Source of the DNA: Hormiphora californensis | Taxonomy: Eukaryota; Animalia; Ctenophora | NCBI GenBank assembly: GCA_020137815.1 | Contig: CM035352.1 | Location: 7,130,001 to 7,194,000, forward strand | Length of the DNA: 64,000 nt | Reading direction: 5' to 3' | Part shown: positions 12,150 to 25,282 of the stretch, piece after piece | Position numbering within the stretch: the stretch's first letter is position 1 | How the letters are laid out: each line of letters starts with the position of its first letter | Position numbers and translations under genes: made by a program | Notes under the pieces: model-generated | The model's input: only the letters and a program-made list of their open reading frames with translations | What the model was told of the DNA's origin: nothing | Database searches by the model: none

Positions 12150-15100
12150 CTAGATGAGCCCATTAACATCCATGTAAAGCGGATACTCCACAGAATAGCG
12201 GAGTTTTAGTTTTGCTGTTCCCTCCGCCGGGATATCCACCGTCCACTCCACATTGTTCTGCCCGTTTATCCTAGCATTACACTCCTTCTTCTTCTTCACA
12301 TCAGGCTCGTGCAGGATCACCTAGCAAGGGAAAAGGGATTAGACACAGATAAAATCCCCGATATCAGTTTAGGTGATCTCCAAAGAGAGATTGAGGTTTC
12401 TCCACCTCCAAAATGGGGACATTGGGAAATGGGGACATTGGGAAATGGGAAGGATTCAGGGGATTAGGGAACAGACTCACCTTAACTTTGTCGTCATTAC
12501 TCTTGGGTAGTTGGTCAGTCACGAGAATAGATACCGCCTCTCTTCTACCGTTTTTCAGGTCCATATCCTGTTAGAGAAGGCAGCGGTGAGTTTGATGGAG
12601 AGGGGGAAAAGCAATATACATAGTTAACTCTTATTCATAATTAATCGTATCCAAACCTGAGTGTAGGATATAAAGTGTAGTTTGCTGCCTGATTCCTTGT
12701 GCTTCACCAGCGGTCTGTATGCAACCTTGATAGTTGGATCTGACCCAACTTCAACATCAAACTCCTCAGTAGGGCAAACATCCGGGATTGATGTCTGAAA
12801 ATACGTCAAGGGTTAGAAATGGGGTGGGCGCTTGTCAGCGCAATAATCAGTTGTTCGTCATGGTGCGTAAAATTGGCGCGAATTAATTTGCGCGCATTCA
12901 TCTGGAATTCAGTTTTCGCGCGTTCCAGTACCTTTCGACAAAAGTTCCCGTCCAAGAAGACATCAACGGAGCCTCCAAGCAGAGCGTAGGCACTGTCGTT
13001 CTTGGCAACAATCCTCAAGAAGGCATGAGGACAGACCCTTGGGCAACTTGAATAATGGAATGCAGAGGGCAGGTCTATCTTGGCAATGTGAACCTGAATA
13101 AAAATGAGCTGGATCAAAAGTAGCAAGCGGGGGATCTGGGATATTTTTAGTGTGTTTCCTCCCTTTTCTTCCCTCCCTTCTTTCCTCCCTGTCATTACTA
13201 TAAAACACACACACACACACACAGAGGAGGAGCTGTTGAAAGAGCGTGGGAGAGGAGGGAAATATTGTAATATGGAGATATCCTTGGTAAAAAAGGGAGG
13301 AGACTGGATACAGATAGAGAGAGCTACCATGAGATACACCCTTGGTAAAAAAGGGGAGGAGACATAGATAGAGAGGGGGTAAGATATACTCTGAAGATGT
13401 AGGGGAGGTATGGGGAGAGATGGAGGGAGGTAGGGGGAGAGATGAAGGTAGTCAGGTAGGGAGAGAGAGATGGAGGTAGCCAGGTAGGGAGAGATGGAGG
13501 TAGCCACTAGCCAGGTAGGGACAGTGAGAAAACTGGAGAGTTGTGAGCCAAGTGAGGACACCACCCGCCTACACACACATACACACACACACACACACCA
13601 CTCCTAGAGTATAACAACTAGTGACATCTGACTGAGTGACATTTTAAACACTCCCCCACACACACAATATCACACATTATTCTGTTTTATCCAATATATA
13701 TATATCAATTTTAAACAACCCTCCGACCCCCTCCTTCATTTCACATATAATTGCCTCTCCTCGATCCCCTCACATGTATAATATCGGTACAATATGCCCC
13801 TTTTACTTTGAATAGCGACCATTTCCTTGATCTACCGAACCATGACAGAAAGAATGAAAGAAAATGACGATGTGAGCCACACAACCGTTTCCCCCCTCTG
13901 TTACAGCTGTCTACTTCCACTAATCAAAACAGAATCAATCATTTGAATTGGTACCATCACCAACCCCACTCCATACGGTGTGCGGACTCTAGTGCTACAC
14001 TCTAAGTCTAAAGAGGACTCTATATCTAAATTTAGATTTAGATAAAGAGTCCAAATAATTCTAAACTCTAGGAGGACTCTTTATCTAAAAAGTCTACACA
14101 GGGCGGACTCTTTATCTAAAAAGTCTAAACAAAGTGGACTCTATATCTACATAAATCTAAATTAGATATAGAGTCCGCCTTTCGCCGCGAACTCGAGATT
14201 TCGGCCGTTAGGCCGGAAACGAGAGTTTGCTCTACCCCTATACTAATTTAGAAGTGTTAGGGCCGTTATTTGGGTTCGAGGTTAGGGTTAGGGTTAGTGT
14301 TAGGGTTAGGTTTTGGGTTGGGTTAGGATTTTAGACATAGAGTCCGGGTTGGAGGATTTGGCGCCAAAATGTACTAGAGGACTCTATATCTAAAAATTCT
14401 ACACAGGGCGGACTCTTTATCTAAAAAGTCTACACAGGGAGGACTCTTTATCTAAACTTTTTTCAAAATCTAACTGTAGATAAAGAGTCCGTTTTTAGAT
14501 ATAGAGTCCGCCTTGGATTTAGATAAAGAGTCCGTTAGCACTAGAGTCCGCCCACCACTCCATACCTCCTCAAAGGTACCACAACTAAAGGTTACACACA
14601 ACTGTCAACTATGTAGTATGTACCCCTTCAAAGCTACAACTGTAGTCACTAACCTTGTGTCCAGCCTTGTCACTAGGTATAGTAACCTCCTCCCCTGTAA
14701 CTCCATAGGTAGTACTGATTGCAACAGGTCGTCCCTCCACTGACGCTATTGTTTCCTCCAGGGCTATATCTTTAAAGTCAACTGCCTGAAAACGAGAGAG
14801 TGCACTGAGTATTGGAGGGGTTAGGGGGATAGAGTGTTTGGGTGCTGAACGAGAGGGTGGCCGGTGGGGATAGTTCATCAGGGTGTTTTTGTGCTGACTG
14901 CTGGGAGTTATAATAGTGCCTCAGAACTAGTTGTAGTTGTGGCGATTCTCTCAAAATATTGATATTGATCAGGTGAAATCATCTGAATTGACACCGTGTT
15001 CCATCAAGATATACCAGGAGAGGAATAGAAAATGGTCAGCTAAACGTATGGTGAAATTAATGGTTATATTTCTCAGGGAATTTCTCAGGAAATTTGTGTG

Positions 15101-15863
15101 ATCTCAGGGAGTTTGTACTTTACTTGAAGACTGGGAGAAAGGTAGTCACACACAGACAACCTACAACATGTTAGCGGAAGGTGTTTAGATCATAGTGTGT
15201 GTGAGAGGAGAAAGAGACACAGAATGAGAAAGAGATAGAGAGAAAATTAATAACATATCCCAAGATCCTGTAGGGAAATAACTGCCCAGTTAGTTGTAAG
15301 GATGCCTAGTATATTACGTAACTCTAATGAAGGAAGGCACGATGAACAGCTTGGGTGGCTCACACACATATTGAGCTCTGTGCGATCAAGGAACGGTACT
15401 GTACTTGTGAATGACAACCAGAATGATATCTAATTTTTACCCCATTTGGTGGGGACAGAATTAGTTATTAAACCCTTGGCAGGCATTACGACAATTCTGG
15501 GTAGTCACTGATTCCCTCTACTTCAAGAGTTCATGTTTTATATTGGTGGCGCGGCCACCCCTACACTGGCCGCGCGAAGCGCGGCAAGCGAAGCCCGCGA
15601 AGGGGATCTCATCACCAAATGTTAATAGTAAAAGAGAAGTCAAATGTTTTTGAGGGATCTCGATTCTTGAGATGGAACCCAAGAACTCACCAGATTCTCC
15701 TCACTCCCATGCTCGTATCCCACTCCCCCATTAAGTTGGTGAGTTGCGGGAGCTGTATCCTCGTCTATAGATTCCGTCGTAGGGATCTTAATGGCCTTCT
15801 CTAAGTGGGGTGGAGAGAGTTAGAGTGAGGGAGAGAGAGGGATGGAGGGAGAGAGAGAGAGAG

Positions 15864-15908
<45 letters not shown>

Positions 15909-16124
15909 AAGAGAGAGAGAGAGAGAAAAGTGTGCAGTAAAAATTGCAAGTCTGTAGTGCGTTCTATACAATACACCACCCAATTATGGAAAATCTTCCT
16001 GAGCAACAAACAAACGAACAAACAAACACGCATAGTCGGATGAGGGATTGAACAGCGCAAACATAATTATGATTTAAACTACTGTAAATCTTTCTAAAGA
16101 TAGATCCTTTTCTCTCTCTCTCCC

Positions 16125-16222
<98 letters not shown>

Positions 16223-17382
16223 CTCCCTACCTACCCACCTTTATGCAAGATTGTCTGTCTGTCGGGTACAAATAAGTTAGACACATGTACAATGCTCCGG
16301 GGTTTCCTTCTCAATGACAAAGTCCCCGACGTTACAACTACTCAGTCTGTCTGCCGATATCACACTATCCGGGGTCCCTGGTCTGTCATAGTTGTTGGGG
16401 TTGAGCTGTGTCTGTGTCTGTTGCTGTTACCTGACTTCTTTCTCCTGACACTCGCCCCTCCCGATCTGGATCTCTTAATGGCACCACTGTTACTCATTCG
16501 GCTGTAGAGTTCGTGGGTACCAAGGGTGGGGAGACCTGGGGGAGTGTTTTGGTAGGGAGACTTAGGGTAATGATGGGTTATATGTCATATGGTATGAACA
16601 AAACGGACTGAGATAAAAACTGGGATTACCTCCGGTACTTGGGGAGGCAGTACTGAGACTGATCTTGGCATCGACCCAATCCTCACCCGTGCTTTGTGTT
16701 ACTAAACCGAAATACAGGACCTGGGAATGATATAATATAGTGTGTTAGGGAAGGAGAGGGGTTGAGAGATGGGCGGGTTGCAGGGGAAAAAAAGGAAGGA
16801 GAGGGGTTGAGAGAGGGGTTGCAGAAGATAAAAGGAAGGAAAGTTCTGTACAGCCGCACACCATTGCACAGATTGATTCCTCTACTCAACACTCAACTCT
16901 GAATGCTACCAACAATAAAGCACATTTCACCATGATCTATTCTATCCTTTCTTATCATTCTCTTTTTCTCGCAGATGAATGATCAGGATCTGTTCATATA
17001 GTAGCAACGCATGACGTGTTACTGCTCTAACTTAGTGTGCATGTGAGAGAGAGAAAGAGAGATTTGAAGTCCGAACAAAACATGAGCTTCATCCTATGAC
17101 TATGTACTTCCACTATAATGGAGAGTTGAACTAAACAGTAGAAATGATTGTCTTTAATGAAATCTACTTCGGATTAAAATTAATCTGACCACCATAAACC
17201 ACTAATTCATTCTCCCATTCTCATTTCCATTTCTCTCTCCCCTCCCTCCCTCCCCTCTCTCTCTCTACTTAACTCAAGAACCTACACTATTAACTGACTA
17301 CATGTGTTAGGCCAATACAGGTTGGTCAGCGGGAAAGCTTGACTGTGGATGCATAGCGTTTACATGCAAGTGTTTGAAGAGG

Positions 17383-17463
<81 letters not shown>

Positions 17464-20400
17464 GGAAAGAGAGAGATAGAGAGAAAGAAAGATTATAACT
17501 TAATGTCACTGTATGTCTGCAACACGTTGTATTATATGACTCAGCCTATTCCTAAAGAGTCGAGGACTATTCTGGAATGGTGAATAATGCCCATGTCACA
17601 GCTGTATTAGGTAGTACCATACATTTAATGGGAAGGGTTCCGGTTGTACCCACTGGGTACACCGTGCATAGTTCCTGCAATATGAAATGGAAATTATAAT
17701 AATGTAGGAGGGAGGGGCCGCCAATAGAAGATCCTGCAACAAACATGTGTAATTGTAGCTGCACACATTATTATGAGGAAAATGAGCGTGCCGGAAATCA
17801 CAATCTTTGCTCCCACAACTACAACTCTGCCTCTCTCTCTCTCTCTCTCTCTCTCTATATCTCTCACTCTCTCCATCTCTCTCTCCTTCTTCTTTCACGC
17901 AGACTCACGTACACATGCGAATGAGTTATGTTCATTGTACATGATCTTGTCTTCCATCTTATGCAGATTGGTAGATTCATCAATTATTATCCTATCTAGA
18001 ATCAACGGTACTACCCGCATCCTCCATATCCTTAAATCGATAGTGTTTACGCAGTGTTTACGCAATGAATACAGAGCGAATACGCAGTGAATACAGAGTG
18101 AATACGCAGTGTTTAGGTTCAAAACATGGCACTTTTGGACACTCTCACTCCTCAGTCCTCGGTCCTAGACCGTGCATTCTGATTCAATTTACAAAGAGGG
18201 TGCGAGCCCTCAAGGCTCTTGAAAACCCATACTGGCTGATCTACTTGAATAAAGAGAGAGATTAGGACTTGGGAGAGACAGGGAGAGAAAGATAAAATTA
18301 GAGATTCTACAATTAGGAAAATTTTGTATAGTACTGATACTCTGTGTTGTATTCACATAATATGCATATGTAATTATATCCCAGCAGGGCTTAGAGCAAC
18401 TGATCTCCGATCTTTTACAGTTTACACTCCCAGTCATATATTCAAATATAATAGCCTACTAACTGATATAATAAAGATTCAAGGGACCTAACTAAACAAA
18501 CAAAATAGAGAGATAGAACGATAGGGAGATACGAGTACAGATGGAAAGGTACCTTTAGGTTTTTGTCCCGGGAGTGAACTCGTAGATCGTACTTTGGCAC
18601 CCAACCCGCGTCCGACACAACATAACTAACAAACAACTTTATATCCTCTTGATCGTACGCTTCAATAAGGATTTCAACCTCCCTGGAGAGAGATGGGGTG
18701 TGAGAGAGTGGGTTAGATGGGGCAATGTACACTTGCATGATAGTACTTAGTAGGGGTCAGGGGTGAGCGGTATGATACTTTTAAGGAGAGAGAGGGATGT
18801 GTAGTTAGATTGGCGCGACGAGTGGTTAGACGATAGGGCATAGTTGGTGGCGTGAGATTGGTGGGAATGAAATTATCGGTAGAAGGGAAGGTACTCCCTT
18901 CCGTTTTTTAAAGACAAGAAGAAATTACAGAATTAAGCTCATAATCTCTCTCTCCCACTAATCCATTCTCTCTACTCCATTCATTCCAAATTATTAACAC
19001 GTGATATGAATGACACGTGAGATCCATACCTGCTAACGATACCATCCTTTGTGGGATCTGTCGAGTTTATCTCCTCAACAATATTTTTCAGTTTCTTATC
19101 GAGTTCCATCCTCTCTTCTTTTATCTGGAAATAATTGTAGATTCAAGATTCAAGATTCAAATTAAAAATTACTTAACAATAATATTATTGTCATATAACT
19201 ATAAAAAAGTGGGAGTAGGAGGGGTAGAGAGAGGGTTCAGGGGGGTTGAGAGGAGAGGTATGGTGGGCGGTGGTAGTGTGTGTATTATGGGTTGATGATG
19301 GTGTGAATTAGGTGAGAGAGATGATGATTGATATGTGAGGGGAAGACATGACCACGAAGGGAGGTTCTGTCTTGATCAGTTAGGCGGTCTCGAGCTGATT
19401 TGGTGCGGGTGCATTCATTCAGCATGTGCCACTCATCTTGGATGATGGGGTCGAAGAAAGGGAGGGCACGCAGAAGAGGTATAGACTCGGGTGAGAAGCA
19501 ATCATCACAGAGGCGCTCAGATCTGTCAGTTTTGTTATGGCGTCCGGTTTCGATTTTTAGGCGGTGGGTACTCGTTCTTAACTTGATGAAGTCAGGTGCC
19601 GTCCTTCTTTCTAGGTAATCCTCAAAGCCATGTCCGGTCTTGACACTGTTGTAGAATTCAAGCTTCCGGTTGCTGTGGCGAATATCGTCCCATTGGGTCC
19701 AAAACCAATCTGAGATACGGGCCTGCACGAGTTGGGAGTTAGGGAGAAGTGTCTTCTGCGGGTGGTGGGCATTGGAGTCGAATATCTCGGAGGTCCTTAG
19801 GACACTTTGATACCAGGGCAACTGTAGTCGCTTCTGTTCGTTATAGGCGTGTACGACTAGCTTGCTTTGGTTGTCGAGAGTGTTGCTCATGATACATAGT
19901 CTATTGTGGAAGTCCAGCAGGTGTTTGCTGTTTCTTACGGCCAGGGGGACTCTATCAGTGTCCCCGTAGAGTGGAGGTAGCGGTGTGTTTTTCCGAAGTC
20001 CTAGTAGCCATCTCAGAAAGCTGGTTTGACATTTTTCTGTTTGGTCGTCCCAGATGTCCTTCGATGTAGTTTTCACATGCTTCCCGTTTAGAGATGTCTT
20101 GAGAAATCTTGTTTCGTGCAGCCAGATAGCTGATGCATACCCTGCTACAGGTGCTACCAGAGCATCAAATAGTTTTAGGGCCGCTTGCTTGGATATTGAT
20201 CTGATATCCACTATTCTTTTTATGGCGAAAATGCTCCGCATGCTCTTGATTCTCAGTTGTTTTTGGGCTTCTCGTAGGTTACCATTCACCGAGAAAGTCA
20301 AACCGAGATATTGATAGGTCTTGGTTGATGGGATGTGTGAGTCGCCGTAGAGAAAGCCGTTGGATTCTTTGAGTTTCCTCCCAGCTTGGTTAAAGACCAT

Positions 20401-23400
20401 TATAGCCGTTTTTTCGGTGTTAACGGTAAGATCCCAATCAGAGCAGAACCGGTAGAGGGCATCGAGGAGTTTTTGTAGACCCTTAGCCGAGGTTGACATA
20501 AGTACCAGATCATCAGCCCAGAGCAAGTGAGTCACTAGGGCTGTTCCTAGTGCTACTGGGTCAGATTTTAGGTCTTTATCATTGAGTATTTTGGATAGGT
20601 CCAAGAGGAAACACTTGAAAAGCTCTGGACTTGTGACATGCCCTTGTTCTGTACCAATTTGGATGTCAATGAGATCAGAGAGTTTCTGAGCTAGTTTTAG
20701 GCGAGCCTTGGAGTTGTTGTACATGTGGTCGAGTACATTGAAGAACTTCCCACGAACTCCAAGGTTTAGCAGTTTTAGGAGAAGGGCGTCTCTGCTGAGG
20801 CCATCGAATGCCTTACGAAAGTCGATAAAGCAAGTGTAGAGCCTTCCTTTGTTCTGTATTCCTTTCTGAATGGCAGTATGGAGTGTTAAAAGGTGGTCAC
20901 TGGTTTGAGCACCCTTCACAAAGCCTTGTTGGTTGGGCGGGTCCGGGCAGTGAGTCTTCCTGAAGTTCACTAGGCGCTCCAGATAGATGGCGGAGAAGAC
21001 ACGCCCCAGACTGCTCCCTACAGCAATGGCTCGGTAGTTGTTAGGGTCATGTTTGGGCCCTTTTTTGTGGATAGGTGTTATAACCGTAGTGTTCCAAGGG
21101 TACACGCCGTGTTCGAGGCATTGGTTATACAGATGTGTGAGTAGCTGTATCGTGTTGGGACATGCCTCTTTGAGTAGTTCGTTAGGTATTCCATCAATGC
21201 CTGGCGATTTGCCCCTTTTTAGATCCTTGATAGCCTTTTCGACATCATTACTGCATATAGGTTGGTTGAGTGCACTTTCCAGTTCTGATTGCAGATTGAT
21301 TTTAGTATGGATGTCAGCTTTCCAGGTGTCAGTTTTCTCGTTCTGATTTTTGGAGTAAAGCTGATTGAAGAAGCTGTGGAAGTCGGTCATATGAGAGATG
21401 CTGAGTTCCTCTTTTTGATCGAATTGCTGTTTCAGTTCCTCGATTGTGTCCCAGTTCAATGTTTTGGATGAGAGAATTCTGCTGCTCAAGTTTTGCTTGA
21501 GCTGGCTCTTCTTGTTCCTCATTGTTCGACGATACAATCGTTTCTGCTGGTGGTAGAGGTCTTTGATCCTGGGGTTAGCAGTTTTCCCCTTGCCCTGGGC
21601 TCGTGCAAGGCGGTTGGTTTCAAAGCGTAGGATGTCACACTCTTTATCATACCATTTAGATTTCGTGTATCGTTTTTTGTGCTTCTTTTTCTTGTCTACA
21701 GCTGGTTCAGTGCTTTTGAGTTGGGCGGCAAGCAGATCTGATATTTTTTGGTTCATGGTGTACACATCATCACGGCAATTGCAGGTTGTCCGGATTAACC
21801 CAGAGATAGCATCAGAGTCCTTCATTTGCCGTTCTTTGAGTAGCTGGGCGGTAGTGTCTTTCCATTTGGTTCGCCGAGGAGCGTCTGGTATAATTGAGGG
21901 TTATTTGAGGGTTAATTGGGGGTTTCAATAGTTTTATGGGGAACACACGAACATTGCTTGGTGAGATTATTACGAGTGTAATCACCCATCTCTACTAACA
22001 ATCATACGGCTAGAACATTTACAGGTGCAATTTCACTGCACACACACAGAAGAATAGGTCAGCAGTAGAATCTCTGTAAAGTTTCTACTCTCTTCCTTTT
22101 CCATTTAGCTCAACTACCAGAACACAGAGAAAGGACAGCCACAAAGAACAAAAGGAACTCATACCTTATTCAAGCCCGCAGTAATGTTCTGTGTCTGTTC
22201 CTCATACATGGGGAGGAACTTGGCGACCATATCCAAGGAACTCATACTGAGCGAGTCAAAACAATCCTGGTGAAGTGAATTGTTATTGATGAAGTATCAG
22301 GAAAAAGATTCAATATTTGTGGAAGTAGAGAAGTATATATTCAGGAACAAGATTTGTGGCGTAAGTATTGATACTCTATATTTATCTAGCCAACGTTGGT
22401 GGGAGTGTGACGGCACACGCCTGATTATTCAAGCTCACACAACATATACCTATATCTAGAATTGGTAACGATCTTACCTCAACCCCCCCCCCCCCCCAAT
22501 TGTCGCACATATAATCGCAACATGTGTAGTGGTGGGCACTCTGCCAATACCTAGCTAAATAAAGTACTCCTCGAGCACTAGCTAATTAAAGTACTCCTCG
22601 AGCACTAGCTAATTAAAGTACTCCTCGAGCACTAGCTAATTAAAGTACTCCTCGAGCACTAGCTAATTAAAGTAATCCTCGAGCACTAGCTAATTAAAGT
22701 AATCCTCGAGCACTAGCTAATTAAAGTACTCCTCGAGCACTAGCTAATTAAAGTACTCCTCGAGCACTAGCTAATTAAAGTACTCCTCGAGCACTAGCTA
22801 ATTAAAGTACTCCTCGAGCACTAGCTAATTAAAGTATTCCTCGAGCACTAGCTAATTAAAGTACTCCTCGACCACTAGCTAATTAAAGTAATCCTCGAGC
22901 ACTAGCTAATTAAAGTACTCCTCTAGCACTAGCTAATTAAAGTACTCCTCGACCACTAGCTAATTAAAGTACTCCTCGAGCACTAGCTAATTAAAGTAAT
23001 CCTCGAGCACTAGCTAATTAAAGTAATCCTCGAGCACTAGCTAATTAAAGTACTCCTCGAGCACTAGCTAATTAAAGTACTCCTCGAGCACTAGCTAATT
23101 AAAGTACTCCTCGAGCACTAGCTAATTAAAGTACTCCTCGAGCACTAGCTAATTAAAGTATTCCTCGAGCACTAGCTAATTAAAGTACTCCTCGACCACT
23201 AGCTAATTAAAGTAATCCTCGAGCACTAGCTAATTAAAGTACTCCTCTAGCACTAGCTAATTAAAGTACTCCTCGAGCACTAGCTAATTAAAGTACTCCT
23301 CGAGCACTAGCTAATTAAAGTACTCCTCGAGCACTAGCTAATTAAAGTACTCCTCGAAAAGTACTCCTCGAGCACTAACTAATTAAAGTACTCCTCGAAA

Positions 23401-24180
23401 AGTACTCCTCGAGCACTAGCTAAAACTAAATTAAAGTACTACCTGGGGAGTATCCTTGGAGTGAATGAGCTTGTTCGCGAATGCCTCAAGTACCTCCCGC
23501 TGCTTTTTTCAGTGTGTGTTCCTTAGAGTCAAGTGCGGCTGCCTCCTGATGGTATAACGTCAGGGTTTCAGTCCTGGCTTCCTGTAATTGTTCTCTGTCT
23601 TTGTGGGTCAGTTGTAGGCAGCATTACAGTTCAGTACAGCAACTCAGTGATTTATTGGGGTCGGTAAAGTGCAGCAGATCAATGATTTATGTCAGCAATA
23701 TCAGTCAAACAAAGTCAGCAATATCAGTCACACAAAGTCAGCAATATCAGTGTCACACAGAGTCAGCACGTTACCTTCAGCATTTCGGCCTGTTTCAACT
23801 TCAGCTCGTCTAATTTCCCGTTCGCCTCCGCATACTCATCCAGTACACTACGGGTGGTGAAGTTAACCTCGTTTAGGATGGAATTTCCACCAATGAGGAC
23901 TCGGATAGTGGAGGGGTCGACACACTTGGACATGTTCGTCATCCTAATTTGAGAGATTCCCTCCTCTACTGTCGCAGTGATTCTTCGAGTAACCTGGAAA
24001 GAGACGAAACATTAACTAATCGCATCAATATTAGGACTTTATTTTATTACAAACCTCTGCTTTGTCGGGGTAGACAACGACATTGAGAATGGGACAAGTT
24101 GCAGCATCAAAACTTGGAATTTTGCTGATCTCAACCGGCGCCACAACTGATTTTTGCGAAGGTGTTGACCGCAACGACAT
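12150..24180 (-). CDS. DUF4140/DUF4139 domain protein (C. elegans F37C4.5-like)
   Basis: About 14 exons from ATG 24180 ([27 protein letters not shown]) through [62 protein letters not shown] to [10 protein letters not shown] at 12150. One homopolymer frameshift at ~23505. Confidence 0.88.
13977..14556. mobile_element. MITE with 9-bp TSD and internal (GGTTAG)n
   Basis: TIR GGTG[T/G]GCGGACTCTAGTGCTA; ACTCCATAC on both sides (13968-13976, 14557-14565); many GGACTCT[A/T]TATCTAAA subrepeats. Confidence 0.88.
15541..15607. repeat. Dispersed ~65-bp GC-rich hairpin element
   Basis: GCGCGGCCACCC.TACACT.GCCG.GCG.AGCGCGGC..CGAAGCCCGCGAAGGG; reverse-complement copy at ~54530-54595. Confidence 0.7.
19138..21889 (-). 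mobile_element. 5'-truncated LINE (RTEX/L2-like) with an open 846-aa RT ORF (19285-21825)
   Basis: RT motifs [33 protein letters not shown]; C-terminal RLC..C..EWH..C knuckle; no APE domain; (TTGAATC)3 tail; candidate TSD ATAATTG at 19131-19137 and 21890-21896. Confidence 0.92.
22551..23440. repeat. 27-bp minisatellite (~32 copies) with a 324-bp higher-order duplication
   Basis: Unit CTAGCTAATTAAAGTACTCCTCGAGCA; variant monomers recur 324 bp apart. Confidence 0.95.
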
Positions 24181-24489
24181 CTCTACAGAGAATGGGTAAA
24201 ATGATGACGTGTATTCTAGGGCCTAGCTGATTCAGAACGCTAAAAGGGTTTAAGCAGAAGTTTAAACAGAAAGGAATAAGCTGCCAGCTGTTTTAGTGCA
24301 GCTCTCCCATATTCAAATATGAATCATTGTTGCTTTCATGCGTTAAGAGTTTCTTGTAACCGAACGAGTTTGAACTGGCACCAACCCTGTTTGGCGGCGC
24401 GGCGACGGCCCGATCTAAGAAATAAGCGACCTTTGAGATCGAGAATCAAAATTTCAAAACGGGGTCTGCCCATATTTTAACTTTGCCCT

Positions 24490-25030
24490 TTGCTGACGGG
24501 CGCTGTTACGATCTGGGTGTTTCGTGGCCTATTTACAGGTGCGTGCTGCCAAAAAAGTTGATTCACTAAAATGGCTCTAACCGCTAAACCACTCAACCGT
24601 TTTAGCTAATTCAAAGTTTATCTGGTAGGAAATGTCAAGGCCTAACCCCAACCCAAACCCCAACCCTAACCCTAACCCTACTTTAGCCCTAACCCTAAAA
24701 CGCCGTTTGTCAGGGGCGCGATTATAATCTGGGTGCCTTGCAGCCTGTTTACAGGTGCGCGCTGCCAAAAGAGTATACTTAGACCGACTTTTTTCAACCG
24801 GCTATAGCCATGGAACCACATGGCCGATTTGTGTAAACTAAACGGTATCAGTTAGAGAATCGATAGCCCTAACCGGTAACCCCAAACCAAACCCTAACCA
24901 GACCCTAACGGATAGCCCTAACCCGTCGCGCGCGCCAAAACTACGGATTGTTAGCAATGAAAGGCACCCAGATTTTAACGTTTTCCGTTTGTCAGCACTC
25001 ACGAAACAGTGTTTCGGAAACACCCAGATT
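24490..25030. repeat. Repeat element with degenerate (CCCTAA)n tracts and ~65-bp direct/inverted subrepeats
   Basis: CCTAACCC runs at 24641-24698 and 24867-24923; ATCTGGGTG..TTTACAGGTGCG.GCTGCCAAAA at ~24510 and ~24727; inverted CACCCAGAT at ~24965 and ~25021. Confidence 0.6.
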
Positions 25031-25282
25031 TTATGGCTGGCCGCGCTGATTGGCCAACGTAAACAAACGCTGCAAGCGGTGAAGCGCGCGAGAAATTTGA
25101 CTTTTAACGATGCATTTTTATTTTCGTGCGCGTTTTAAAATCGCGTGGGCCGCGGCCGTGTTTTTTACTTTTTTAAACAATTTCAAACTTTTCAACACTA
25201 CTTTAAACAAATTAATTTGAGGATGAGCAACCGCCCGTACGGGCAGTCCTAAAACGAAGCCATCAGTCTATGACCGATTATA

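Noticed and set aside
14280-14326. Telomere or interstitial telomere (also 24641-24923)
   Set aside because: Short degenerate GGTTAG tracts internal to TIR/TSD-bounded or subrepeat-bearing elements
16970-18265. Additional small nested gene in a DUF4139 intron
   Set aside because: Some splice-like signals, but no consistent exon chain or recognisable protein
22551-23440. CRISPR-like array
   Set aside because: Head-to-tail 27-bp units with no unique spacers, no cas genes, eukaryotic intron
25219-25270. Self-cleaving ribozyme 5' of the CRE ORF
   Set aside because: A GCCCGTACGGGC hairpin exists, but the hammerhead CUGAUGA/GAAA core is not intact and I cannot build an HDV fold by eye; an Infernal or descriptor search would decide
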